A stretch of DNA of 64,000 nucleotides from Octopus sinensis (Eukaryota): the NCBI RefSeq assembly GCF_006345805.1, contig NC_043016.1, positions 15,438,001-15,502,000 on the forward strand, in the 5' to 3' direction. This document shows positions 40,680 through 54,260 of this stretch, in pieces (the stretch's first letter is position 1; each line of letters begins with the position of its first letter). The notes beneath the pieces were generated by a model, which did not search any database, was not told the origin of the DNA, and saw only the letters and a list, made by a program, of their open reading frames with translations. Made by a program: the position numbers and the translations under genes.

Positions 40680-40968
40680 AGCGTTGTCATTGCCAGTGCC
40701 GCCGGACTGGCTCCTATGCAGGTAGCACATAAAAAACACCTTTTGAACATGGTCGTTGCCAGAACTGTCTGACTAGCCCTCATGCCAGTGGCATGCAAAA
40801 GCACCCACTACACTCTCGGAGTGGTTGGCATTAGGAAGGGCATCCAGCTGTAGAAACTTTGCCAGATCACATTGAGCCTGGTCCAGCCTTCTAGCTCACC
40901 AGTCCTCAGACAAACCGTCCAACCCATGCCAGCATGGAAAGTGAACGTTAAATGACAATGATGATGAT
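40680..40968 (+). mobile_element. RTE 3' tail fragment
   Basis: AGGAAGGGCATCCAGCTG motif and ATGATG tail. Confidence 0.8.
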
Positions 40969-41276
40969 TATTGTTGCAAAAACAGTAGTATCTTTCTTTT
41001 TTACTTTTCATTACAATCTTTAATTTTTGATAAAATTTTTTTAAATGTTTGTTTAAACAAAACCATTTCAGGGAAGTAGCAAGTGGGCTGCAAGATTAAA
41101 GTCTGCAGCTGTATCTGGCCCACAGGCATCAAGTTAGCCAGCCCTGGTCTATGACTTCCAGGTGTTTTAAAACCAGGCAAATTGAAGAGACTATATCCTT
41201 TACACCTACAATTGCAGCCTGCCCGTGAACTGACAAAACACGTCTTGTGTATGAGACTTCGATATTCTTTATATAT

Positions 41277-41675
41277 CTCTTTTACTTGTTTCAGTCATTT
41301 GACTGCGGCCATGCTGGAGCACCGCCTTTAGTCAAGCAAATCAACTTCAGAACTTATCCTTTGTAAGCCTAATACTTATTCTATTGGTCTCTTTTTGCTG
41401 AACCGCTAAGTTACAGGGACGTAAACACATCAGCATCGATTGTCGAGCAATGGAGGAGGGGGGGGGGACAAACACAGGCACACAAACATACACATACATA
41501 TATATACATACATACATACATATATACGATGGGCTTGTTTCAGTTTGCATCTACCAAATCCACTCTCAAGACGAGGTTATAGTAGAAGACACCTACCAAG
41601 GTACTACGCAGTGGGACTGAACCCGGAACCATGTGGTTGGTAAGCTAGCTACTTACCACACAGCCACTCCTGTGC

Positions 41676-41676
<1 letters not shown>
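41277..41676 (-). mobile_element. tRNA-derived SINE family A, copy 5
   Basis: Same family with a small internal deletion. Confidence 0.88.
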
Positions 41677-41709
<33 letters not shown>

Positions 41710-42649
41710 ACATGTTTGTGTATATGTGTAAGCACCACGTTTGCAAGCTTTCATAAAGTCTTCCTATCATAACATCCCCCTCCCCTTCAATGAGATTTCA
41801 GCTCTTAACATTCTCTCGTTTCCATGCTCTGATTGCTGTCTTCCTCCCCCCCACCACCACCTCCCACTAACACCCATTCACACTTCTGCCTCCTACACCT
41901 TCTCTCTTAACGTTGTTATGTTTCTTCGCTGTCACACTCCCAATAAACACCAGTAAATGTTTTAAATATTTATCTCCTTCCTGTGAACAATTTTGCCCTA
42001 AATGTTACATCTATAATACATGACATTATATTCCAGCTTCAACTCCATATAAGTTTTGGATGGGGGGGTTCCTGATCATAAACCCTACTCCTGCCTCCTC
42101 ATTTTCTTGTTATTTTCTTTCCATTTTTTTCTTTTTTATTATTTCCAGTTATAGATTTTCCCAAACCAATTAGACTTCTCTTCATCTTCACAACAAAATA
42201 ACTTACTGTACTTTGTGAATTGTTGTATTCTAGTTAATTAATCAATTAAATAGTGGCAGAAATGAGCAAGACACAGCAATATTATTATTATTATAAGCTG
42301 TAACCAAAAGGGAGTCACAAGCAGCTAGAGATGCCTCAAATTGATCGACAATATCTTTTAGATAAGATTTAGATAAAATTTATACAAGACAGAATTAGCT
42401 GGGTAAAAACAGTTTGGATTTGTGCAAGACCATAAAATCACAGACATATCATTACCAGTGAGATAACTGCAAGTGTTCTTACCTAAAAATAAATTACTCC
42501 ATAAGATGTTATCAGATAATTTCAACATGCACAAGAAAAATGCTCGCATAGCTGACAATCATTGTAAACCAGAATATTAAGCTTGTCTACAAATAGGCTT
42601 TATCTATCATAGGTATTGTAAAATTGTTTGAAAAAACTCAGTGGTTTTT

Positions 42650-43000
42650 GACAGCTGATGAATACAAGCAACATGTCAGCATCCAATTTTGCATGAGACT
42701 TGGCAAGTCTGCAAACAAAATAATCAAAATTTTCCACCAGATTCTTGGCAAACATTCATTTGGTCTCATACATGTTTTTTGAGTGGCACACATATATAAA
42801 GGCCAGCTGAGTGTTAGTTCAAGACAATGAGTGTTCAGGACAATCAATTACTAGAAAAATGCTCAAAAATGTGGGAACAGTTTGCAAATTCATCCATGAG
42901 GATTGCACAGAACAATCCTTCAACTCTTTCACATGACCAGAATCAATAATGGAGTCAGCCAGGAATTTCTTAGGGAAACCTGAACATGCATCATGATAAT
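42650..43000 (+). mobile_element. Mariner transposase N-terminal remnant
   Basis: QHVSIQFCMRLGKSA...VFEWH...VQDNECSGQ matches the mariner HTH_48-type N-terminus. Confidence 0.7.
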
Positions 43001-43899
43001 GCAAAGTTAGGAACATTCTGTGTACATTCCCAAGAGGACTATTTCAAAAGGAATATGAAATACATTATTAAGTGGATTACTGGTAGACTTTTCTTTAGAC
43101 CTGATTCAGGAAGGTCTTATAATTTGCATTTCATTGACTTGAAAAACGATCCTAACAAGGTGCCATATTCTGCAGTCTGATTGGTGCCAAAGACACTAGG
43201 TGTAGGTGAATGGTATCAGAAGGCCTATAAAAAATATATGCTACTTCCGTTAGGTTAGGGTTAGGAGAGAGAGAGGAATTTACATAAAGATTGTTCTCTT
43301 GGGATCCTACTTAATTTCATTAGTTTATCATCATCATCATCATTCACATTTTACATCAACTTTCCAAGCTGGCATGGGTTAGACAGACCACCACAGTTAG
43401 ACTAAGCACATCTTCAGAAGTATTGCTCACTTAGACAGATCAGAAGGATCACATATTACTTGCATTTCAATTTTAATTTGATTTCTACAATTAAATACCC
43501 TTACTAACACCAGTCACATTACAGAATGTACTGGATGCCTTTTAGCCATGGCACAAGCACTAAAGAGATGTCACGTCCTCAACAAGACTAAAGGATCTTC
43601 ACAACCTTACACTTTACAGAGTGTATTGGGTGTGTTTTTCATGGCACCAGCACTAGTAAGTTAGTCTTGTCCTCAAGATGAATAAAGAAACATCACAACT
43701 TCATGTCTCTGCTTGCTCACCAACCTCTTTAGAGAGTGAGCAGTGTTAAGACGGATATGTTACAGGGGAATGACTGACAGAGATACCAACTATTCTGAGA
43801 TATGACAAAGAGCACAAGGTGATGATAGATTTGGAGACAATGATGGTCCTTTGAAGGGCATACATCCTCAGCCACTTGGTCTACTGCTCCTAACTATGC

Positions 43900-44097
43900 T
43901 GGTGATATGAAAAAAGCACCCACTACACTCTTGGAGTGGTTGGCATTAGGAAGGGCATTCAGCTGTATAAACCATGTCAAATCAGATTGGAACCTGGTGC
44001 AGCTCCTTAACCCCCCTCAGTTTTCAGTCCAACCATCCAACCCATGCCAGTAAGGAAAACAGATGTTAAATCACGATGATGATGATGATGATGATAT
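43900..44097 (+). mobile_element. RTE 3' tail fragment
   Basis: Tail motif plus (GAT)n. Confidence 0.8.
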
Positions 44098-44099
44098 AT

Positions 44100-45250
44100 A
44101 TTCCAGGATGAGCCAAAAGTTTTTTCATACTTCCAGTTTTAATTAATAGTTCTAACAAATTACATATGAAAAGCATTTATTCATTAAAATGTATTCCATT
44201 ATATTCAATTGTCTGTTGCCATGGTTGTGCCATAAGCTCAATTCTACCATTTTCTGATTTAGAGACAAAAATCTCCCAGTACCTGTTTCAATCTCATCCA
44301 TATTGTTGAACTTCTACCCATGCAAGAAATGAGCCATGACTCAGAAGAGGTGATAATCTGATGTTACAAGGTCTGGACTGTAGCCAGGGTGAGATACCAC
44401 TTCCAGTCCTCCAAGTTTGCACCACTTGGTCTCATCGGCAGTGTGTGCTGGAGCATTATCATGCTGTAAAACTGCACATCTTCAATTGACCAATGTCACG
44501 TAGCAGGCTTTCAAAGCATCATATACTCACTCCAGTGATTGAGCATAAAAGTTAGCATTCACAGCATGACTGTGTGGGACAAGCTCAAAGTACAACACTC
44601 CCTTAAAATTTCACTAAACACACATGATCTTCTGTTTAAACTGCCCGTGTTTGACAAAATGTTGTGAAGCCTGATCAGAAAAATGCCACTGATTTCTCTT
44701 ATTAGGATTACAAACAGATCCAATTTTCATCCTCAGTTGCAAAATCATGTGATGGTCATACCTTGCTGACATGTTTGCATAGCTGCTGATGGCATTTGCC
44801 AGCAGTTGTTTTCGCAAATGTACACATATTGTTGAGCTTGGTCATTGGTCAGTTCATGAGTAGCTTTCCGACAGCATCTGTTCACAAGGCTCAGCTTATG
44901 GCGGTGTCAACTGATGATGCTTTGTGAAGAACCAAGTTCTGCCAGCAACATATGAATGCTTGTGTTTGGTTGCTGTTGAAGCATTTCAAGCAAGCTCTCA
45001 TCTTCCAGGTCTCCTTGATCTTGGTTTATCTTCAAGGCTGATGTCACATTGCATGAAACATCTGAACCAGTTCCGTGCCACATGTTGGTTGATAGTTTCT
45101 GGGCCTTCCACATCATCAACTTCTTTTGCTGCTACCCCTGCAGTAACTCCTTTTTTTCCCCAGGTGACATAAAATGTCTCTAATTGCAATTTTGTCACCA
45201 CTCATTATAAAAGCTGTAAAATAAAGAATAAATAATTAATGCTTATGTGT
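44100..45250 (-). mobile_element. Degenerate near-complete mariner element
   Basis: WFRCF...SLEDKPRSRRP, HDNAPAH and HPGYSPDLVTSDYHLF (YSPDL motif) in broken frames. Confidence 0.8.
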
Positions 45251-45466
45251 TATATATGAATATAAGGAAGAAACAATTCAGCAACGATTGGACAATATGT
45301 TGTATCAAGTTAATGATATCACATGGGGATATAAGTTGCCAAAAAAGAAAATCATGAGTGAAAATTATTTTTTAAATGTTTCACTCAAACTCGTACATAT
45401 GTATACACACATATATTCATAAATATACATATACATCTAAATACATTTGCATATATACATATATAT

Positions 45467-45625
45467 GATGCAGGAGTGGCTGTGTGGTAAGACGCTGGCT
45501 TCCCAACCACAAGGTTCTGGGCTCAGTCCCACTGCGTGGCACCTTGGGCAAGTGTCTGTCTTCTACTATGGCCCACCAAAGACTTGTAACTGGATTTGGT
45601 AGACAGAAACTGAAAGAAGCCCATC

Positions 45626-45662
<37 letters not shown>

Positions 45663-45857
45663 TGTATCTGTGTTTGTCCTCCCACCATTACTTAACCAAT
45701 GTTGGTGTGTTTATGTTCCCATAACTTAGCGGTTTGGCAAAAGAGACCGATAGAATAAGTACTAGTCTTATAAAGAATAAGTCTAGGGGTTGATTTGTTT
45801 GACTAAATGCAGTACTCCAGCATGGCCACAGTCAATTGACTGAAACAAATAAAAGAA
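45467..45857 (+). mobile_element. tRNA-derived SINE family A, copy 6 (more diverged)
   Basis: Same head, body and tail architecture. Confidence 0.85.
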
Positions 45858-47019
45858 TATATATACATACATACATAAATACACACACTCATACACAATT
45901 TTAATGTCCATTTTACCAAACCTGGACTGGCTGGTAGGTATTCCCTCATACAGTGTACCACCAATCAACATGGTCCATGGTCATTTCCTCCTTGATATAC
46001 AATAACTAAAGAGCTGCTTTCATTGCTTCATCCTACCTCTTTTTTAATTTCTCTCTTCCAAAAGGCTGTCTTCACTTTGAGTGAAGTGGGCATGTGGAAG
46101 ATAGAGTCATGCCCATATCAATGCAGTATTTTCTTTTGCATGCTACGTCTGATTCCATTTGTGTTCAGTTTTTCTCTCGGACCATTTGCCTCAGTCATTC
46201 ATGCGTACTAGTATTATGCATTCAGCAAAGCATGCTTGATACATTTCTTTTTAATTTTTGCAAACCCTCAGCAATCAGGGCCCATGTTTCTCTAAGCAGC
46301 ATCACACTTCACAGATAAACATCAACAATCTGCTCTACAATCTGAGGTGTGTGGGGGGATGTCCTTTTATTACCAGCAAGCATAATAAATCTCTGAACTG
46401 TTAGCAAGTTCTTATTATAACTTTTATGCTCTAAAAAATACTCACCCTTGTTGCAAACAGATAGATAACAGAAGCTACCAACTATTTCTCGAGAGCTACC
46501 TGGACATTAGAAGGACTCAATTTCACATGTGTCTTTTGTACTTATTGTCACTGTGCACACAAAGTTAACCTTCACTCTTAGCCGACTTGCAATCCCACAT
46601 CTCTTTTACATCCATAGTTTACACTGGGCACCTGCCCCTTTTCTATATATAAAAATCTCGTCTCTTATACCAGAAACACAGACAGGGCTCTGCCCCACTT
46701 CTGTACCAGAAGACTTACATACCTCCATCCCTCCAACCCATCTACCTCTTTCTTTCTATACATAATGGACTAACCAATAGCAACTCATTTACTTAACTTA
46801 AACATTGACTTATGATATTTGCAGCAGTACATATTTACAATGCTTACATTGCAATCCCCCACCTAATAGGGGCAACAATTTTTAACATGTTTGAATGATA
46901 GTAGGTTAAAGTGAGAGAACAACTGATGTGACATGTCTGTTATCATACAAACAGGGAAACCTTTTTTTTCAGACACTGAATAACATGACTCCTTCACATG
47001 TTCCCTCCCATGTCCCTTT

Positions 47020-50000
47020 CCCAGTTTTCTAGGGGGATTGTTGAGATGCTTCAATAGAGTCATGTTGATGTATGTTGCATCCAAGAGGTAAGATGGAAAG
47101 GGGCTTCAGCCAGGTTCCTCACACACAAGACACATAGGTATAAAATCTTTTGGGAAGATAACATTGATGAGATAAGTGGTGTGGGCCTACTTCTTGCAGA
47201 GAAATGGGTGGATAATGTCATAGAGGTAACCAGAATGGGTGATAGAGTGCTTAAGCTCAGGCTAGTCTTACAGTACAGTATAGTGACAATTATCTCTGCC
47301 TATGCCTACCAAATGAACAGAAGGACCACTTTTATGATATTCTTCTGCAGGCCACCTCAAAAACAAATGACAATGATCTCCTCTTCATGGTTGGGCATTT
47401 CAATGGGTATGTTGGATGGCAGCCTGGTATCTTACATGGTGTGCATGGGTACCATGGATTTGGCTCCTGAAACGACAAGTGAACAAGGCTACTGGAGTTC
47501 TGTGATGTAAATAACCTTTTGATTTTCAACACCAACTTCAGAAAGCCAGCCAGCCACCTGATAACCTACCAATCAGATGTCTGTGCTTGCCAGATTGATT
47601 ACATTCTCACCAGACAGCAGAATGCATGGTTGCTCCTAAATACAAAGACCCACCCTGGTGAAGAATATACCCGACCCCCAGCATAGACTTGTCATTAGTG
47701 ACTTTAGACTCCAGGCCAGAAGGATGCCAAGAAGTAAACCAATCTTAGAAAGAATTTGAAAGCTTAAGAAGCCTTCATATGGTCAGAAATTTAGGGACCT
47801 CCTAATTAAGAAATTTGATGAAAGGGAGGAAGAGCTACAGACTTGTGACATAGAGGGCAACTGGGAATTCCTGAGGGACAGCTTGCTGAGTGTAACAGAC
47901 CAAATCTGTGGCTGATGTGGTGGTGGAATGATGTGACAGACAAGGCCAATAGAGCTAAGAAACAGGCCTGAAAGAATGGGGGTAGCAAGGAACTGTTATC
48001 AGATTGCCAGAAGGGATGCTAGGAGACAAGTATCTCTAGCTAAGGAAGAAGCAGAAAAGAAGTTTGCCTAAGTTCAGCAAAGAGAGGACCAAAGAACAGA
48101 AGTATTTTGGATTGCAAGACAGTATGTGAGAGAAAATTGTGATGTCAATGTGTCCGTATGGATGAAGGTGCACTTGTATTTAATAATAAGAAAGAGGCTT
48201 GGAGTTGCCATTATGAAAGACTGCTGAATGTGAAGAATGAATGGGAGGAGGAGAGTCTTCCAATGGGTGACCCAATTGAGGAACTGGATACCTGAATCAA
48301 CTGTTCCATGGCAGATAAAGCTATTAAGGATATGAAGACTGGGAAAGCCCCCGACCCATCAGGAACCACTGCTGAGATACTTAAAATATCTGGTGGTGTG
48401 GGTTATGGGCTAGTCACCCATATAGTTAACTAGGTGGTACACAAAGGAGTCATGCCCAATGACTGGTGTAGCAGCACCATAGTTAACTGTTAAAAAGGTA
48501 AAGGTGATGCCTTAGATAGAACTAATTACAGAGGTATCAAATTGTTGGAACAGGTGATGAAAGTTACAGAGAAAGTCATAGACCAACTAATTAGGGAGAG
48601 AGTTAGCCTAGGTGAGATGCAGTTTGATTTTGTGCCAGGGAGAAGCATCATTGATGCTATCTTTCTGGTAAGGCAGTTGCAGGAGAAATACATAGCCAAA
48701 GATAAACCTCTGTATTTGGCCTTTGTTGACTTGGAGAAAGCCTTTGACAGCATCCCTCAATCCCTTATCTGGTTGTCAATGTGGAAACTAGGGATAGACG
48801 AGTGGTTGGTAAGAGTTGTACAAGCTATGTACAGGGATGCTACAAGTAAGATGAGGGTTGGCAATGAGTACAGCGAAGAATTCAGGGTACATGAAGGGGT
48901 TCACCAAGGATCAGTGCTCAGCTCCCTTTTGTTCATCATAGTCCTCCAGGCAATAACAGAGCTGCCCATGGGTATTCAAGACAGGCTGCCCCTGGGAGCT
49001 CCTCTATGCTGATGACCTTGCTCTTATAGCTGAATCACAACCTGAACTAGAGAAGAAGTTCCAGGTATGGAAACAAGGTCTAGATTCAAAGGGCCTTAGA
49101 GCCAATGTAGCAAAAACCAAAGTCTTAGTAAGTAGGAAGGCTGTCAAATCACAAATCCCTTCAGGCAGATGGCCCTGCTCGATCTGTAGAAAAGGTGTAC
49201 ATAGAAACTCTGTAAGATGCAGCCAGTGTAAATTTTAAACGCATATAAGGGCCGATGCCAGCACCGCCTACTTGTGGCTGATGCCAGCACCGCCTCATCT
49301 GGCTTCCGTGCCGGTGGCACATAAAGTACACCAATCCGACCGTGGCCGTTGCCAGCCTCGCCTGGCACCTGTGCAGGTGGCACGTAAAAAGCACCCACTA
49401 CACTCACGGAGTGGTTGGCGTTAGGAAGGGCATCCAGCTGTAGAAACACTGCCAGATAAGACTGGAGCCTGGTGCAGCCTTCTGGCTTCCCAGATCCCCG
49501 GTCGAACCGTCCAACCCATGCTAGCATGGAGAACGGACGTTAAACGATGATGATGATGATGATGATGATGAAGGTGCAGTAATATCAGAGGAACGTTAAC
49601 AGGGAAACTACCTCTTCTATGTGGAAGATGCACAGGTACAATAAACGCTGAAAATATGCAGAAAATAGACTCCGTCAACTACCAGAGAGTTAAGCTAGAG
49701 GTAGTAGATAGCTTCCATTGTCTAGCTGACCAAGTTAGTAGCAGGGGTAGATGCCCGAGAGCACAGCTGTTAGAATAAGATTAGGCTGGGCAAAGTTCAG
49801 AGGGCTCCTACCCCTGCTGGCAACAAAGCCCTCTCTCTCAGAGTTAAAGGTAGACTGTATGATGCCTTTGTGCAAACAGCTATGCTGTCTGGTAGTGAAA
49901 CATGGGCTGTGACAGCCGAGGACATGCGTAAGCTTGAAAGAAATGAAGTCAGTATGCTGCGCTGAATGTGCAATGTCAGTGTGCATGTTCGACAGAGTGT

Positions 50001-50715
50001 AAGCATCTTGAGAGAAAAGTCAGGCACAAGAAGTATCAGATGTGGTGTGCAACAGAGACAATTGTGCTGGTATGGTGATGGGATGCATATGGATGAGGAC
50101 AGCTGTGTAAAGAAGTGCCAATCTCTAAATGTGGAGGGAACCTGTGATAGAGGTTGACCCAGGAAGACATGGGGCGAGGTAGTGAATCATGATCTTCAAA
50201 CTTTGAGCTTCACAGAGGCAATGACTGGTGACCGAGACCTTTAGAAATGTGCTGTGCTTGAGAGGACCTGCCAAGTCAAGTGAAATCATAGTTGTGGTAA
50301 TTGGCACCCATGCTGGTGGCACGTAAAGAAAACCTTTCGAGCGCAGGTCCTCAAGGAGGCAGAGTGGCTGAGTTCCTTTCGAGCGTTGGGCCTCATGGAG
50401 CAATGACCAAGACCTTTAGCATTATGTCATGCTTGAGAAGAAGATCCATTAAGCTGAGCAAAATCACAGTCATGGTAGATAATGGTGTCATGCAAAAAGC
50501 ACCCCAGTGTCATGCAAATGGCACTTGTGCTGGTGGCGCATAAAAACACCCATTACATTCTTGGAGTGGCTAGAATTAGGAAGGGCATCCAGCCGTAGAA
50601 AACTATGCCAAATCAGACTGGAGTCTGGTGCAGCCTTCCAGCATTGCAACCCGGTCAAACTGTCCAACTCATACCAGCATGGACAATGGACATTAAATGA
50701 TGATGATGATGATGA
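47020..50715 (+). mobile_element. Near-complete decayed RTE LINE (EN+RT+3' UTR)
   Basis: VCCIQEVRWKG, YKIFW, IISAYA, QFDFVPGRSIIDAIF, VDLEKAFD, GVHQGSVLS, YADDL; stops and frameshifts; (GAT)n tail near 50700. Confidence 0.93.
49250..49570 (+). mobile_element. Younger RTE 3' fragment nested in the older RTE
   Basis: Tail plus (GAT)n interrupts the host RTE between the C-x2-C region and RCSNIRG; coding sequence resumes at 49571. Confidence 0.85.
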
Positions 50716-50719
50716 GAGC

Positions 50720-51345
50720 ATGGCTATTTTCCTGATGGTAGAAGGGTCCTGTCATTTTTCTAACTTTAGACGTTACTAAATTCCTTTTGAGGTTTCCTAG
50801 TTCCAGGTTTTGTTTCCATATCTGGTATCTATTCCCTAATCCTGATACAAATTCAGCTATGAGCGTTAAGTCATTAGCATAAAGAAGATCCTACAGGCAG
50901 CCAGTCTTAAACTTCTCTGCAATGACTTGAAAAATTATAAAAAACAGAAGGCAACTGAAGATTGAACCCTGATGCATGCCTCCTTTTATGCAGAATTTAT
51001 CACAATTATACTTATCAGTACACCTCACATTTCTGACTCTCCCTCTGTACATGGCTTGCACAACTCTTACAAGCCATTCATATTCTAGACATTTCTTCAG
51101 TGACCACTAGTTCACAGAGTCTCTTTTGGTCAACAAAAGGTTAAATCCTGGCTAGATACTTCACCAGCAGATGACTTGATAGGCCAATGGCATCAGAAGT
51201 ACTTTTTCCAGGTACAAAACCTGACTGTATCATATCTGTGTTAAGTGTCTTCATAATAAGTCATACTATAACACTTTTTATAACCTTCATAACCTGGTGC
51301 AACAGTTTAATACCTCTATAGATATGCAAGTCATCCACCTCTATG
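50720..51345 (-). mobile_element. Old RTE RT fragment
   Basis: Reverse-strand remnants of QGSIFS and LLYANDL motifs. Confidence 0.65.
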
Positions 51346-51349
51346 ACCT

Positions 51350-51660
51350 GATATAATAATATAATAATAATGAAATTATTGTATACAGTGCTCAGGTGCA
51401 CCACAACTTGTCAGAAAGTGCATATAAAATACATGCAGTAATGTAAAAATGTCTGGAAAGCGAACAATGTATGAGTCAGATACATGCTTGTGTGTGTAAG
51501 GAGGGGAGAAAATCAGGTGTAGTGTTGGCGAATCTCAGGAAGCATGGAAGTTTTGAAGGATGCAGTGCTCCGACAACTAACAACGGATGCCGGCAGTTTG
51601 TTCCATGCTTCAGCAACTCTCAGCGTGAAAAAATGTTTCCTGAAGTCATGAAAAAATGTT
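51350..51660 (-). mobile_element. LINE 3' end with (ATT)n tail
   Basis: (ATA)n at 51355-51372 then a GC-richer block with WNKLPAS motif on the minus strand. Confidence 0.55.
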
Positions 51661-53655
51661 TCCTGAAGGCGACCAGCTCATAAAGGATATTCTGCTACAT
51701 ATTTTAAACACCTCAGAGGTGACACCTGATTGACCAGGTACCTTCCCTATCAACATATTCTTAATTGCTCTATCTCCCATTCTGCTGCCAACTTGGATGG
51801 TTGATTCCTCTGCTGGTCTACTTGGGATAGATCCTATTTCTTTAATGCATTCTTCTCTTCCAATAACCACTTACATGTTTCTTTCAATTTGCCTATAAGA
51901 ACAAAAATGCCCCTATCATTCCTTACACACTTTTTCCAGTGATGTGTTGGTTCTCTCTCACATGCCACCTTGCAGTCCAGATAGACAGTTATACAAGACT
52001 TTAGTGGTAATTGTCTTGGTAACTTTTATACACAGATCAATTCTTATAATAGCACCCACTGAAGAGAGAAAAGATTCTGGATGTGTATGAATAGCCAAGA
52101 ACAAAGTTAGTAAGAGAGATTACAAAATTAAGCAAAGTAGCTACTTTCCAGATGGAAAGTAGCTACATTGCTTAATATGCAACAAGAAAAGAAAAGAATG
52201 GATATGAACTTGATTGAGTGTATTCATAGGGAAGCAACAGGTACACAAAAAGATGCAATGTGATTTCTTGTGGGTTCACCAAAAACTAAGATTTTGGGTG
52301 TACATGATAAATATACAAGACTGAATATGTAGTATGTTGAGACAACATATTTTACATGGTTGTTTCCATAACCTAAGAGATCTAATTTATGTTGAGAAGT
52401 TCAGGGAGTTGTTGCCAACGCTGGTAACATAAAGGGTATATTTTTTTTCTCTTTGTATAAAGTAGGTTTAAGCATGGCATTGCATTGGGGATATGATGTG
52501 AATGTTAGATATGCAGAGATTTGTAAAGAAATGAGATAGGTGTAATCTATTAGGCATATAATGAGTAATGCATGAAAAACAAGATTACAATCAAACAAAC
52601 AAAACAAGTGGATATTTAAAACAAGAGACAGGAATATGCTGGTTTGGAATTGATGTAAAGAGATGAGTTGTTTGCTCTCAGGATATTATTGCTAACAGAG
52701 AAATGAAAAGCAGTAAATATTTAATTCTATTGTTAATATGACGAATATTGACATCAGCTTTAATTCTATTGTAAACAGAAAAATAATCACATTCATTTCG
52801 GCGGTGTAGTCTTCTTCAGATGGCACCTGTGCTTTGAAAAATCTCTCCATCTAATTGCCATAATTTAATTTCTTTTTATTCTTCTAATTATTTTAGGGGG
52901 GAGTTTCGAATCCGGATACCCACCACCCATAAGTTGGATCTTCTCCGTTTTGACAATGATCTCAAGCACTCCAAAACTTTTTTTAATTTGGGGGTAGGTG
53001 GGATTTTCAAACTTTCTTTTTTAATAGCATAAAATGTGTTTGAGGAGAAGAGTATTGAAAAACATCAATGCATGTCAGAGTAACAAAGAAACGAGGAAGG
53101 TGGCCGTGGGATGAACTAGAAACAATAGTCACATCTCCCTTAAATCACACACCTTTTCGTATGAACTTCTTTTTTTTTTTTTACCGAAAAGGCTTCTCGT
53201 TGTTTTTAAGTGTGTAGTGCCCCCAAAATCGGCCAAAATCGGTTAAGGGTTTAGGGAATGGCTAACAAAAAAATCATAAGTTTTTCAAAATTTTTTACAT
53301 GTAAAGATGCTGTTCATCATTTCGAAGGCCGAGATGAGAACAAAAATTGGCAAAATCCCCATCAAAACAGAGAAAATAGAAATTATGGTGATCGTCCTGA
53401 TTAGAAACTCAGCTTTAAAATGATTCAATTTAAGCGAATTAGTGGATTCCGAGCAAAATTCTGATAGTTTACAACTTGAGAAATACAAACAATAATGCGA
53501 AATGTTTAATTCTTTAGTTAGACTTTAGTCATGCAGCAATGGACGGTGCCTCGGTGCACATCACACAGAAAACTTTAGTCACCTTAATAAAGGTAGCAGA
53601 CTTCTTTTAGTAACTTTACTATACACACACACACACACACATATATATATGTACA

Positions 53656-53704
<49 letters not shown>

Positions 53705-54104
53705 GTATACACACTCCAATTCATCTGCACCGATATATCCACGGCACCCAACTGCATGTTGGAAATTACTACAGAGGTGTATTGATGCACCATAGTGCTT
53801 GTATCTATCTATTCGTAATATATATATATATATATATATATACATGTGTGTGTGTGTGTGTGTATAATATGGACACATGGTAGAGAGGTGTGTACACAAG
53901 CCAACTTGACGTTTCCTGTCCTAAACTAGATTCCACCGATCAATGAAACACCGGACAAAATGACAAATTAAAACCAGTTAAATTCGGTAAAAGCAATTCA
54001 TTAATATTTTTAAGAATCTGGATTTACAGAAGAGTGAATTAGAAAGAAGAAGAAAAAAAAGACACTAATAGTCTTAAAATACATTGTTTAAAAAAAGTCA
54101 TATT

Positions 54105-54260
54105 TGTTACCGTTTGGATAATAAATAGAGTCGATTGTTGTTGATTTGAGGTGAAAGTTGTTTCACTTCCGGCGGTTTCGCGGATTTTTAAGCAAAAGAG
54201 GCAAATATTTCATTCATTCGTCGGAGATACGCGGCCCAAGTGAATGCGAAGTTCTTAGGG
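54105..54260. promoter_or_regulatory. Candidate (possibly bidirectional) promoter and non-coding first exon of HHAT
   Basis: Local CpG cluster in AT-rich DNA; ETS/GABP-type ACTTCCGG at 54165-54172; minus-strand donor ACG|gtaaca at 54110. HHAT exon 34896 has an acceptor, so an upstream exon must exist. Confidence 0.5.

Noticed and set aside
43250-43266. TTAGGG telomere-like units (also near 13560 and 23677)
   Set aside because: Only about two units each; expected by chance or inside repeats.
52030-52065. CTGAAGA-GA-GAAA minimal hammerhead-like string
   Set aside because: No stem II, and stem III would need a 2-nt loop.
52785-52830. CTGAAGA...GAAA on the minus strand
   Set aside because: Stems I-III cannot be formed.
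53285-53488. Hydrophobic 67-aa ORF near the promoter as a possible HHAT N-terminus
   Set aside because: The HHAT start exon is accounted for at 34890; no splice or motif support.
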